A stretch of DNA of 64,000 nucleotides, taken from the sequence record NC_014792.1. One strand, given 5' to 3'. Below are positions 30,914 through 41,316 of the stretch, one piece after another (position 1 is the first letter of the stretch; every line of letters starts with the position of its first letter). This stretch comes from Escherichia phage vB_EcoM_VR7. The position numbers and the translations under genes are program-made. A model generated the notes under the pieces. The model saw only the letters and a program-made list of their open reading frames with translations, made no database searches and was not told where the DNA came from.

Positions 30914-31377
30914 AATGCATCTCTCAATTGGTTAAGTATGTCAATAAATTCTTGTTCAGTCAATATTGTATCATGAACAGTAAGGTGGCTCGCCATCGAA
31001 TGCTTTAAAACTTTGCCCTTTGTAGCTTGTAATGCGTCGCGGAATCCTTTGTTTTGGAGAGCTGCTTCAAAATATGCACTTGTATACAACTCTTTCCATG
31101 CTGCAGAGTATCTTGAAAAGGGAATTCCAAGCCAGAAAAGCGTCCCACGGTCCGCAGCTCTTGCATAAGCTCTTCCAGTTTGTTGTGCGACCAGCCCGGA
31201 CATCCCAAATATACGTTTTTGTTGTTCATAATTTCTCACCTTGCACCCTTGTAGGAAGCCTTCAAGACCTCCAAACTGGATACCATCCATAACAAAAGGC
31301 CATTTGGCAAAGTTACTTAATGCGCATGATGGCCACGGGAAATTGCTTCTGATTTCTAACTCAGACATCTTTGACAC
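30910..31377 (-). CDS. NADAR/YbiA-like domain protein (30.3 position)
   Basis: 155 aa with SNFPWP...FWLGIPFSRYS-type motifs that resemble the NADAR (DUF1768) family; position matches T4 30.3. Confidence 0.55.
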   Translation of the reverse strand: MSKMSELEIRSNFPWPSCALSNFAKWPFVMDGIQFGGLEGFLQGCKVRNYEQQKRIFGMSGLVAQQTGRAYARAADRGTLFWLGIPFSRYSAAWKELYTSAYFEAALQNKGFRDALQATKGKVLKHSMASHLTVHDTILTEQEFIDILNQLRDAL

Positions 31378-31573
31378 TTATAATTTCGACATCAGCCCAA
31401 TGGCCATAACCCGGTAGACGGTCCGCAATGGATAATCCGCCGTCAGTTTTGAGCATTTTAATTGTCTTAGTATATGGTTCAATATTTCGGGCCCATGGAC
31501 TTACGTCAGTCACGCGATAAGTCACTTCAACCATTTCTGTGCCCAAAATTTTCTGAATCAATTTCTTAAACAT
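31361..31573 (-). CDS. Hypothetical protein (70 aa)
   Basis: ORF in the minus-strand operon; no motif. Confidence 0.35.
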   Translation of the reverse strand: MFKKLIQKILGTEMVEVTYRVTDVSPWARNIEPYTKTIKMLKTDGGLSIADRLPGYGHWADVEIISVKDV

Positions 31574-31574
31574 A

Positions 31575-31769
31575 TTATCCTCGCTTTAAACATTTGATTA
31601 CAGACAATTCTTGCCCCATGCGGACGTCTTCAGTTCCATCAACCCACAGGACTGCATAGGCTTCTTTAATGGAAATATTACTCAATTTGAAAGCAGGCAG
31701 GACCTTGGAAATCATTCCAGGAATACCCACACCTTTTAACTGAACAGTTTGTGATAAGAATAGTTGCAT
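31575..31769 (-). CDS. Hypothetical protein (64 aa)
   Basis: ORF in the minus-strand operon; tightly packed. Confidence 0.35.
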   Translation of the reverse strand: MQLFLSQTVQLKGVGIPGMISKVLPAFKLSNISIKEAYAVLWVDGTEDVRMGQELSVIKCLKRG

Positions 31770-32086
31770 TAGAACCTCATCTGGAAACCATGTGATTTGA
31801 CATTCTTGCCATTAATATCAGATGAATTAATTTCACGTGCCGCGATTGGGTCAATATCAATGTCACGACTAAGCTTGGTGATTGCCAGAGTATCGCGCCC
31901 ATTAACAGTCCTGAATTCAACTGGGCAAACTATATCCACATAGTTTTTAATGGATTCTTTAGTTGGTTGCTTATCAGCAGGTACACCTGGACCAGCTTTG
32001 GAGAAAACAACTTCACAGAAATTTTTACGTGTATCAAAGTAAGTAGTCATAAACATAGTATTTTCCTCAAGGGGCTTTCGCCCCAT
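31769..32086 (-). CDS. Hypothetical protein (105 aa)
   Basis: ORF in the minus-strand operon. Confidence 0.4.
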   Translation of the reverse strand: MGRKPLEENTMFMTTYFDTRKNFCEVVFSKAGPGVPADKQPTKESIKNYVDIVCPVEFRTVNGRDTLAITKLSRDIDIDPIAAREINSSDINGKNVKSHGFQMRF

Positions 32087-32092
32087 TTAAGA

Positions 32093-32458
32093 TTAGATAT
32101 CAAATTCATTAAGAACTACATCAAAGATTGCTTCCAGGTGTTCAGGTTTTGCTTTGTTGCTCAGAATATGGCGAATCCAAGTTTTAACCAACAGCTTGCG
32201 ATTAACACCATTCCAGCAAGGATGAGTACCTAAATCACGTTCGCGGAAATCATCATCTAAAGCAATTTTAAAGTTAGAACCAGTCATAGTGATTGAAAGA
32301 GTGATACCATTTTCAAATCGCATATAAACGTAGTTGGGAGTCATATACTGTTCAATTTCACACACTGAACCATTTTTATGTTTCCATAAACAAATAACTT
32401 CAGAAGAACCTGGGATACAGTTAGAAACATATTTGCGTTCAAAGTTGATGTAGTTCAT
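32093..32458 (-). CDS. Hypothetical protein (121 aa)
   Basis: GGAG SD; early promoter with hairpin upstream. Confidence 0.45.
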   Translation of the reverse strand: MNYINFERKYVSNCIPGSSEVICLWKHKNGSVCEIEQYMTPNYVYMRFENGITLSITMTGSNFKIALDDDFRERDLGTHPCWNGVNRKLLVKTWIRHILSNKAKPEHLEAIFDVVLNEFDI

Positions 32459-32481
32459 TTTATTCTCCAGTTGTTTTCATT

Positions 32482-32527
32482 TGTTGGTACAGGTCTATAA
32501 TATCATAACCTGTACCAAAGTAAACTG
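32482..32527 (-). promoter_or_regulatory. Early promoter embedded in a stem-loop (PeSL-like)
   Basis: Inverted repeat ttggtacaggt / acctgtaccaa around a TATAAT-like hexamer; GTTTAC on the minus strand. Confidence 0.5.
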
Positions 32528-32529
32528 TT

Positions 32530-32898
32530 TTATGCGACTTTAATCCAATTATCTAAATTTAATTCACCCTTAGCTTTCATTTTTTCAATCAGATTATCTG
32601 CAGTGGTGCGACCATTTTGATACCAGGTTACATCTTCAGAATAACCAGTTTCTTCATCTTCATAGGTCTTACAACGAATCTTACCAAGAATTAAAGTTTT
32701 CAGTTCGTAGGTATCACCAGTAAAAAAGTTTGTTACCATAATTTTCCAGGAGAAGTCATCAGAAGGACCTTCTGGAGTCATGCAAGAAACGAATTCAAAT
32801 TGTTCTTTATACAAGTGCCATTGCATTTCTTTAGTTTCAATGGCTTTGTAACCGTCGTGGTCTTTACCTTTGATGTATGAGTTAAGATTGATTTTCAT
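32530..32898 (-). CDS. Hypothetical protein (122 aa)
   Basis: GGAG SD; early promoter (GTTTAC, 18 nt, CATAAT) upstream; 5' leader nearly identical to that of 32093..32458. Confidence 0.45.
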   Translation of the reverse strand: MKINLNSYIKGKDHDGYKAIETKEMQWHLYKEQFEFVSCMTPEGPSDDFSWKIMVTNFFTGDTYELKTLILGKIRCKTYEDEETGYSEDVTWYQNGRTTADNLIEKMKAKGELNLDNWIKVA

Positions 32899-33014
32899 TT
32901 TATTCTCCAGTGTTTTATTGTGTAACTCAGTATGGAATCATTATGCACTGGACCAACCCTGTTGTAAACCCCTTTATGGAAAATAAAAAAAGGGACTCCG
33001 AAGAGTCCCTGAAC

Positions 33015-33176
33015 TTATGCTTTCGGCTTACCAAAGCAAGCTGCATCGGCACGCAATACCGCACGAGCACGAGCCTGAAGTTTATCAGTTACCTGATTGA
33101 TTCGCTTGTTGGACGCACGCTTGTAACCAGCGCGTTTGGAGGAGCCATCAACAACTTTAACTTCTTTCTTAGCCAT
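33015..33176 (-). CDS. Small basic protein (53 aa)
   Basis: Manually translated: MAKKEVKVVDGSSKRAGYKRASNKRINQVTDKLQARARAVLRADAACFGKPKA; followed on the minus strand by a hairpin plus T-run terminator; weak SD. Confidence 0.3.
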   Translation of the reverse strand: MAKKEVKVVDGSSKRAGYKRASNKRINQVTDKLQARARAVLRADAACFGKPKA

Positions 33177-33472
33177 ATTAAATTCTCTTTAAAATAGAAT
33201 GCAGGACTTATTGACATTGCCTGCGCAAGCCCTCGAAGGGAACATTAGGTTTCGGATATTTAACGACAGGATAACCATAAACCTCGTCATCATACCAACC
33301 ACGACTTAGACAGATAACCTTTTTCTGACGCGGGGTAGTACAAAATACATTCAAGAGGTACACCACAAAATTATCGGGGTCTAAAACTATAATGATTCGC
33401 AAATCATTAATCAGATAATTCGGTGGCTCCTCGATTTTCTAGCCGCACTTAAGGTAGCGAATCACCTACAGC

Positions 33473-33727
33473 TTACTTCAGGGTTACGACAAAATGGCGA
33501 ACAGCTTTGCGCGCAGCAGATGCCAGCGGCTTAGCAAATTTCAGTTCATCTTTTGCTTCGAGCACTGCGCGAAGGTCGGTTTGAATCGGGTTAAGATGTT
33601 TGAAATACTGCAGAATTTCCAGTGCTTCGGCTTCAACATCAATAGATGCGCCGTAGTTTTCGTGACCGTTATTCCATGCAGTGCGTTGCAGTTCGAGAGC
33701 GTGTTGTAATTGTTTGTTTAAAGACAT
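33473..33727 (-). CDS. rIII: rIII-like protein (lysis inhibition accessory)
   Basis: 84 aa from internal ATG with GAGG SD; same size and position (next to gene 31) as T4 rIII; the ORF-track start at 33862 would sit at the late-promoter start site. Confidence 0.6.
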   Translation of the reverse strand: MSLNKQLQHALELQRTAWNNGHENYGASIDVEAEALEILQYFKHLNPIQTDLRAVLEAKDELKFAKPLASAARKAVRHFVVTLK

Positions 33728-33865
33728 TTTAGAAGCCTCAATATGAGGTGAATATTTGGTGGACACGTTCTTCTGAATTTCACTTCCTTTCGGCAAGTCT
33801 CTCAGTTGTAGTCCACCGTTTAGGATTCTCCGGGTAACTAACTGGTCCGGCAGCCAATCCATATT

Positions 33866-33877
33866 ATTATTTATAAC
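33866..33877 (-). promoter_or_regulatory. Late promoter between gene 31 and rIII
   Basis: Minus-strand TATAAATA just downstream of the gene 31 stop. Confidence 0.55.
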
Positions 33878-33884
33878 GCTAATT

Positions 33885-34232
33885 TTACTTATAAAGACAA
33901 GGAACAGCTTTATAATGACAGGTCACAAATTTCTGCTTAACTTCTTTAGCCTGCTTAAGTCCCAGAGCAACCAGAGGATGTGGAACGTTTGCAATCTTGC
34001 CAACCGGAAGAGGAGTCAAATCACCTACTTCACAGAAGCCTTCAGGAACATCTGGACCAATCGAAAATACTTCACACATCTCTGGGATTTCACCCTGATG
34101 GAGTTTTCCGATAACAATACCTGATGCCGTAGTTTCTTCATCGCCAGCTTGCTTTGGCTCAGAAACCAAAATAATATATTCACCTACTGCTTTAATTGGT
34201 AATTCCATATTTAATCCATGTTGTTTGGTCAT
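33885..34232 (-). CDS. 31: Co-chaperonin gp31 (GroES-like)
   Basis: [22 protein letters not shown]...[50 protein letters not shown], near-identical to T4 gp31; exact start (MTKQ... or MELP...) unresolved. Confidence 0.93.
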   Translation of the reverse strand: MTKQHGLNMELPIKAVGEYIILVSEPKQAGDEETTASGIVIGKLHQGEIPEMCEVFSIGPDVPEGFCEVGDLTPLPVGKIANVPHPLVALGLKQAKEVKQKFVTCHYKAVPCLYK

Positions 34233-34263
34233 GTATTAATAATAACACGCGTTGTTTGAAGCA

Positions 34264-34563
34264 TTAAAGGACGAGCAGAGTCTCGGTCTGTAATCCATTC
34301 ACAGAAATCAATTTATTGAAACAGAATGAACGCCACTCATTAAGCTTGGTATCAAATACCCTGATATAGCTAACCGGTTCTTTACTAGCTTCTGGGCCAG
34401 GGGCCTGGATTTCTTTATACGGCAACAGGTCCAGGTCGCGAGTGCAAGTCATACGACGGATACTTCCATCTGCTTTTTCAAACAGAACTTCGTGAAAACC
34501 AACAGACAAGATAGTCTTGACTTTTTCACGGAGGCGAATTGTTTCTTGTTCAGTTAAAATCAT
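34264..34563 (-). CDS. Hypothetical protein (99 aa)
   Basis: ORF in operon. Confidence 0.4.
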   Translation of the reverse strand: MILTEQETIRLREKVKTILSVGFHEVLFEKADGSIRRMTCTRDLDLLPYKEIQAPGPEASKEPVSYIRVFDTKLNEWRSFCFNKLISVNGLQTETLLVL

Positions 34564-34565
34564 AA

Positions 34566-34799
34566 TTATTCCAAAACAGTTTTAATGGTGGTTGTACCGC
34601 GCGATTTTAAAGCGCTCAACAGGTTTTTACATTTTTCAAAAACTGGGTCCGTTTTATACCGGATGCTTTCATCAATCCATTCGGATTTATAGTAAGACTT
34701 CCAGCGAGAGAAAAAGTTCTTTTTGTATTCTACTGAAAAAGCAATTATACCAGTTCCTCTTGAACTAAGCCCGGATATTTTAACCATACGAAATTTCAT
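34566..34799 (-). CDS. Hypothetical protein (77 aa)
   Basis: ORF in operon; start adjacent to the cd stop. Confidence 0.4.
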   Translation of the reverse strand: MKFRMVKISGLSSRGTGIIAFSVEYKKNFFSRWKSYYKSEWIDESIRYKTDPVFEKCKNLLSALKSRGTTTIKTVLE

Positions 34800-35380
34800 T
34801 ATTCACCACAAAATTCGTTAATGTTTTCCCAGTTCAATTTGTCTAGACTACGCTTAGGCACATTGAACACCTCAATTCCTGCATTCTTCAAGATATCATC
34901 CCAACCAGGAATATTCTTGTCATACGTTTCACAGTAAACCAATTTCTTGATTCCTGATTGAGAAATTGCCTTCGCACAATCAGGGCAAGGAGAAAGCGTT
35001 ACATACATAGTCGCTCCCTCAATTGACGAACCCATTCTTGCTGCAAACAGAATCGCATTAAGTTCTGCGTGGATTTCGTTGTTCTTTGACCATGCAGAAT
35101 GTTCTTCACGATGAGCTTTCGCCAATACAAAACGGTCAACCTTACTGAATCTCACACATTCTGGCTTGTGGCCAGGGACGAGAACAGGTTTAGGTTTATT
35201 CAGTAACCAACCTTGCTCCTCTGCATGCTCGCAACAGTTAACCCCACCTGCAGGGGAACCATTATACCCTGTAGAAATAATGCGACCATTCTTTTCAATA
35301 ACAGCTCCCACTTTCCAGGAGCAACATTTTGATTCTTGAGATACAAGGTATGCGATTTGCAGAACAGTAGTTGGTTTCAT
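34799..35380 (-). CDS. cd: dCMP deaminase
   Basis: 193 aa; cytidine/dCMP deaminase zinc motifs (CxHAE...PCxxC); position as T4 cd. Confidence 0.92.
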   Translation of the reverse strand: MKPTTVLQIAYLVSQESKCCSWKVGAVIEKNGRIISTGYNGSPAGGVNCCEHAEEQGWLLNKPKPVLVPGHKPECVRFSKVDRFVLAKAHREEHSAWSKNNEIHAELNAILFAARMGSSIEGATMYVTLSPCPDCAKAISQSGIKKLVYCETYDKNIPGWDDILKNAGIEVFNVPKRSLDKLNWENINEFCGE

Positions 35381-35719
35381 TTACATCACCATGATATAGG
35401 CAGATTTATCAGTTTCAACACGATATAATTCATGTCGCAATTTCGTGATTGATTTAACACGTGAGGTTAATATACCATAACCATCTTTAAAGCGTTTTTT
35501 CTTATCAAAGAATACCACGCCTGCTAATGAATTACCGATTTCAACTGGTAACATAGTCAACAACACGCCATCATAATCAGCTGGGCTAATGCTTTTAAAC
35601 AAAGTATCATTCATCAACAAAGCCCGGATAAATTGTATAGCACCATCAGAGAGACCGCGATGGTCTCCATCCTTGTCTTCCTGTAATGCAGTGGTAATAG
35701 CTTCTACTAAACTAATCAT
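35381..35719 (-). CDS. Hypothetical protein (112 aa)
   Basis: ORF in operon (cd.x position). Confidence 0.4.
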   Translation of the reverse strand: MISLVEAITTALQEDKDGDHRGLSDGAIQFIRALLMNDTLFKSISPADYDGVLLTMLPVEIGNSLAGVVFFDKKKRFKDGYGILTSRVKSITKLRHELYRVETDKSAYIMVM

Positions 35720-35949
35720 TGAATATACACTCGCTGCGCTTCAACCAGACCATCAGAACCCAATTTCAATTGAGTAAACTGGTCACCATCTTTTGGATTA
35801 ATGACAATCATAAAACTGCGTGCAGATTCCTGAATAACTTTCAAAGTTGCATCAGGAAATCGCTGTGATACGCGGTTAATCATCGCTTGAGCAAATGCCT
35901 TCACTTTTTCATGGAACTCTTCAACAGTAATTGGGGTTTCGCTAAGCAT
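35716..35949 (-). CDS. Hypothetical protein (77 aa)
   Basis: ORF; 4-nt overlap with neighbour. Confidence 0.4.
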   Translation of the reverse strand: MLSETPITVEEFHEKVKAFAQAMINRVSQRFPDATLKVIQESARSFMIVINPKDGDQFTQLKLGSDGLVEAQRVYIQ

Positions 35950-36491
35950 CAGATTGTCTCCTGTTTTACTTGTTTAACGATAGAAGCTTTTGTTATATCG
36001 CCTTTGATAATATAACAATCTTCTGCAGTACCACGGTTTAACAGGCGCTCTGCTTCGTCTTCCGCATATTCTTTTGACACATGACGAGAGTTAATCTCAA
36101 TCTTGCCATTTTTAACCACAAGCAATTTCCAAACTGATGCAAGTTTTACTGGCACAGGTTCAACTTCTGGCTTAACACCAACTTCCGCCTGGATGAAATA
36201 ATCAAATTCATCAGACAATGGACCAGCAGAAACAAACAGCGCACCATGATGCCTGTTCTGTGTGCTAGATATTTTTGCCAAATCCACAAAATCATTTTCA
36301 TCAATCAAACGAATCTCACAAACTTTTCTTCCACCGCTGATGGTATCAGGTACAATTTTCACTTCAAACGGAGTCATACCGATGTATCCAGCAATTTGGT
36401 AATTAGCTGCCCAGCCTCCGGCAATAAATTGTTTTTTGGCATTTTCAGACGTGAACTTGTAAAACTTACCTTCTTCAAAGAAATCACTCAT
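35949..36491 (-). CDS. Hypothetical protein (180 aa)
   Basis: GAGGA SD; consensus early promoter (GTTTAC, 17 nt, TATAAT) upstream. Confidence 0.45.
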   Translation of the reverse strand: MSDFFEEGKFYKFTSENAKKQFIAGGWAANYQIAGYIGMTPFEVKIVPDTISGGRKVCEIRLIDENDFVDLAKISSTQNRHHGALFVSAGPLSDEFDYFIQAEVGVKPEVEPVPVKLASVWKLLVVKNGKIEINSRHVSKEYAEDEAERLLNRGTAEDCYIIKGDITKASIVKQVKQETI

Positions 36492-36518
36492 TTTGTTTTC
36501 CTCATGTGTTGATGAAAT

Positions 36519-36551
36519 TCATTATACACCATCCATGGTGAAAGTAAACAC
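36519..36551 (-). promoter_or_regulatory. Consensus early promoter for the 35949..36491 ORF
   Basis: Minus strand reads GTTTAC, 17 nt, TATAAT; leader cacatgaggaaaacaaaATG is also found upstream of the 25813..26103 ORF. Confidence 0.6.
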
Positions 36552-36557
36552 TTTAAA

Positions 36558-36836
36558 TTAAATTGCTTCTGCAATTGCAGTTTGATTCTGGAAGTCAACC
36601 TTACAAGAAACAGTCAAGGTAGCTCCATCAATTTTGAATGGAACAATTGCAAATGCTGCACCAGGGTGGAGCTGGACAGTGATTGCATCAACTGCATCCG
36701 GGAACATGATTTCCAGAATAGCAGACAAACGACCATGCACTTTTAGTTCAGTCGACACGTCGACGATTTCGTATAGATAATCAGATACAATCTGACTAAA
36801 AACTAATTTAACAATTTCAGAATATGTAGGAAACAT
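36558..36836 (-). CDS. Hypothetical protein (92 aa)
   Basis: MotA-box middle promoter upstream. Confidence 0.4.
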   Translation of the reverse strand: MFPTYSEIVKLVFSQIVSDYLYEIVDVSTELKVHGRLSAILEIMFPDAVDAITVQLHPGAAFAIVPFKIDGATLTVSCKVDFQNQTAIAEAI

Positions 36837-36881
36837 TTCTTTTCTCGCTTAGTTATTGGGGTTATCCAAAGGACCTAGACC

Positions 36882-36909
36882 CATTATAACATAAAATTTT
36901 TAAAGCATT
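36882..36909 (-). promoter_or_regulatory. MotA-dependent middle promoter
   Basis: Minus strand reads TGCTTTA, 11 nt, TATAAT. Confidence 0.55.
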
Positions 36910-37123
36910 AATGGACGGTGTGAACCCGAACATCAACAACGAATCGGTCGGTGATTTCGACCATCGGTGCAAACTCTACATGATATTCACCTTTATATCT
37001 TGTGTTCATATCATTACGAATTTTTACCAGCTCATTAATCAGGGCAGGTGACATTCCTTGCCCAGCTAGTTTGTTAAGGAAGCCGTATGCTTCCTCTTTA
37101 ATTTCATCGTGTTTATCGTACAT
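36908..37123 (-). CDS. Hypothetical protein (~71 aa from internal ATG)
   Basis: ORF track 36908..37192 overlaps its neighbour, so an internal start is assumed. Confidence 0.3.
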   Translation of the reverse strand: MYDKHDEIKEEAYGFLNKLAGQGMSPALINELVKIRNDMNTRYKGEYHVEFAPMVEITDRFVVDVRVHTVH

Positions 37124-37370
37124 AATGCTCTTCCAGGAAGTCCAGGAGGGCCGTGGCGGAGGTAAAGATACCACCATCAACCTTGTCTTCATCTTGATAG
37201 TCCATCACATCCAGACCGATACGTCCATCAGTTAGCGGCCATACGCTGAAAAAGTATTCATAACCTTTTTCAATTTCTTCAATCTTGCGAAAAATCTTTT
37301 CGATATTGTTCATAGGTTTCCACATCTCTACTACTTGAGTATAAATATAGTATATCACCAAAGAGGACAT
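37113..37370 (-). CDS. Hypothetical protein (85 aa or shorter)
   Basis: ORF; start uncertain. Confidence 0.3.
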   Translation of the reverse strand: MSSLVIYYIYTQVVEMWKPMNNIEKIFRKIEEIEKGYEYFFSVWPLTDGRIGLDVMDYQDEDKVDGGIFTSATALLDFLEEHYVR

Positions 37371-37373
37371 ACA

Positions 37374-39213
<1,840 letters not shown>

Positions 39214-39217
<4 letters not shown>

Positions 39218-39696
39218 ACACCAAGCTCCTTATAAAGTTCTTCGCGACAAGTTTTCAGAATTTTACCAGTTTCATAAGCTGTGCTTTCAGAAACATCACC
39301 AAGTGCAGCGGCAGCTTGCATTTGGCCATGGCGTTTAGCAGCATATTCAAAACTTTTTACTAGCTCACGAATACGTTCTTTTTCATTGTATTCTTCAATA
39401 AATTCTGGATATTCCCAAACAGGTCGCATCATACGATACCACAGTTGGATGGTAATATAATTACTTCCATCCAGATTAATAATTTGTGAAGGCTTAATAG
39501 CGCCAGGAGCATAAAAAGTTACCTGTCTTACTACATCAATACCATCCACAATAGCCCAAGCAAAATCGAAGGTGGCCTTCTTTTCAATTGGCGTGCTCGC
39601 ACAAGACCCTAACTTTAAGAGCTTTTGTAATACAGGAGATTTAACTCCTGAAATGTACACAGGATTAGCTACAAAGCTGTTATCACGTAATGACAT
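39214..39696 (-). CDS. Hypothetical protein (~160 aa from internal ATG)
   Basis: ORF-track start 39750 is a TTG; first ATG gives MSLRDNSF... Confidence 0.4.
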
Positions 39697-39761
39697 AATA
39701 GTTTCCTCAAATATTTTATAATCCGTAGGAGCATTATACTCTGCTCCCAAGAGTTTGTAAA

Positions 39762-39869
39762 CTACTTACCAAAAAGACCATCAATACACATGCTGAATAC
39801 AATTCCAAAACAAAAGCATGCAAAACCCAATCTAAAAACATCCCAGCCATCGATACAGGCTTCAATCAT
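39762..39869 (-). CDS. Putative small hydrophobic membrane peptide (35 aa)
   Basis: Manually translated: MIEACIDGWDVFRLGFACFCFGIVFSMCIDGLFGK; strong GAGGAG SD ~7 nt upstream; start overlaps the last codons of the o-spanin gene. Confidence 0.3.
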   Translation of the reverse strand: MIEACIDGWDVFRLGFACFCFGIVFSMCIDGLFGK

Positions 39870-40155
39870 GGCAACGCTCCTCTTTTAGTTCAGAACGATA
39901 ATAACATAACATACCTTTTTGGTCATGTACATATCTTTTTACATCATTCATCCAAATCCTGAATTCTTGCGATGCTTCAAAAGGCATACCAACCCAGGCT
40001 TGACCGTCAATAACCTTCACTTCCCATTGCTGACGGTATTCCATTAATGTCTGTGGCCAATTAGGATGAACTTGAATTGTGGGCTCCGCAACGGGCTTCT
40101 GGGCACATGAAACGAGTCCAATAGCCAAACATACTGCCATGATAGATTTCATCAT
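39862..40155 (-). CDS. Outer-membrane spanin (o-spanin lipoprotein)
   Basis: Signal peptide ending in lipobox LVSC (MMKSIMAVCLAIGLVSC); 97 aa; directly downstream of and overlapping the i-spanin gene. Confidence 0.7.
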   Translation of the reverse strand: MMKSIMAVCLAIGLVSCAQKPVAEPTIQVHPNWPQTLMEYRQQWEVKVIDGQAWVGMPFEASQEFRIWMNDVKRYVHDQKGMLCYYRSELKEERCHD

Positions 40156-40505
40156 TTGGTGAGCTCCTGGAAGTCCTGGGCGAACTTATCAAAGGACTGA
40201 TTAATCTGTTTTTCAACTAATTTAGGCTTAGCTGCCACAACCTTAGTACGTTTTGCATCTACACGAAGTTTATCATTTTCCTTCTGCAGAAGTTCAACAT
40301 ATTCCTGGCGCTCCTGGTCAAGGAGATTAATTTGATTAACCTGGTCTTTTACTGATTGCAGATTTTTCGCGTTATCTTCTGCAACTTTGGTGACCGCAGC
40401 CACCTCTGTCTTGAGATTATCCACTTTTGCTTTTAGATAGAAACCACTACCAGCAGTTACTACCAGGGCGAGCATAAGCCCCGCAGTGATATTACTTATT
40501 TGCAT
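40152..40505 (-). CDS. Inner-membrane spanin (i-spanin)
   Basis: N-terminal TM helix (ITAGLMLALVVTAGSGFYL) followed by a charged coiled-coil region; 117 aa; paired with the o-spanin. Confidence 0.7.
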   Translation of the reverse strand: MQISNITAGLMLALVVTAGSGFYLKAKVDNLKTEVAAVTKVAEDNAKNLQSVKDQVNQINLLDQERQEYVELLQKENDKLRVDAKRTKVVAAKPKLVEKQINQSFDKFAQDFQELTK

Positions 40506-40999
40506 AACTTGATGATTACCTCAACAATATCATCCTGGGATAAACCATTCAGGAGGATGTGATTTGTACTGTCAGATGCTGAAATGCGGAACTGATTACC
40601 AACTTCATCCGCCATATCATCCTGGGTTAACACTGGATGTTTAATTCCCAGGCGGTGTTGAAGTGTCAGGGGTTCAACCACAACATAACAAACACATCCA
40701 TTGATATGCACATTAGGTTGGGTCTGATTGATGAACACTTCTGCATCATATTTAACCAAATGGTTCTTTAAGAAGTCAACCATTTCAGGAACAGATTCAT
40801 GAAGTGCTTCTTTACGCTCTTCTGATTTCTTATTGCGATATTCCTTCTGTTTGGTCTTCAACTTATTATCAGACGCCAGTTTCTTTCTTAAGTCAGTAAG
40901 GAACCCAACATTTTTGGAACCTTTATAAACATAGATTCCGTCATGGCGGTCACCATATACATCAACAATCATTTCATTTGAAATCAGTTGCATATTCAT
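40496..40999 (-). CDS. alc: Alc-like protein (167 aa from internal ATG)
   Basis: Position between the spanins and rnlA and 167-aa length match T4 alc; sequence identity not recalled, so the call rests on synteny and size. Confidence 0.4.
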   Translation of the reverse strand: MNMQLISNEMIVDVYGDRHDGIYVYKGSKNVGFLTDLRKKLASDNKLKTKQKEYRNKKSEERKEALHESVPEMVDFLKNHLVKYDAEVFINQTQPNVHINGCVCYVVVEPLTLQHRLGIKHPVLTQDDMADEVGNQFRISASDSTNHILLNGLSQDDIVEVIIKLCK

Positions 41000-41009
41000 A
41001 ATATTTTCC

Positions 41010-41276
41010 TCAATAGCGGTTATAACCTCTAGGACCAAAAGAGTTTGCACCCAGGCGCTCATCTTTCTTTTTGGCTCTTGCTCTAAACCCAGAATCACCT
41101 GTTTGGTCTTTCAGTTCTTTTAACAATTTGGCCTTCAGGTCAGTAATGAAACCAATCCGGCGGTCTCCCTTGTAGACATAGATTCCATCATTTCTGTCAC
41201 CATATGCCTTTGTAACTCTGTCATTTGAAATTAAGTTTAACATGTTTTGGTCCTCATCAGTAGTTGATGGAACCAT
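41010..41276 (-). CDS. Truncated paralog of the Alc-like N-terminal domain (88 aa)
   Basis: LISNDRVTKAYGDRNDGIYVYKGDRRIGFITDLKAKL aligns with LISNEMIVDVYGDRHDGIYVYKGSKNVGFLTDLRKKL of the downstream gene. Confidence 0.4.
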   Translation of the reverse strand: MVPSTTDEDQNMLNLISNDRVTKAYGDRNDGIYVYKGDRRIGFITDLKAKLLKELKDQTGDSGFRARAKKKDERLGANSFGPRGYNRY

Positions 41277-41287
41277 TATGTATAGAA

Positions 41288-41316
41288 AGAAGGGGCTTGT
41301 ACACCCCTTTTTTATT
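41288..41316. terminator. Hairpin plus T-run terminator downstream of rnlA
   Basis: gggg-cttgtaca-cccc flanked by T-runs on both strands. Confidence 0.6.

Noticed and set aside
33208-33402. 64-aa minus-strand ORF
   Set aside because: Starts with TTG, no convincing SD; kept out of the feature list
33728-33862. N-terminally extended rIII (129 aa)
   Set aside because: The extension begins at the late-promoter start site; the internal ATG with GAGG SD gives the T4-like ~84-aa protein
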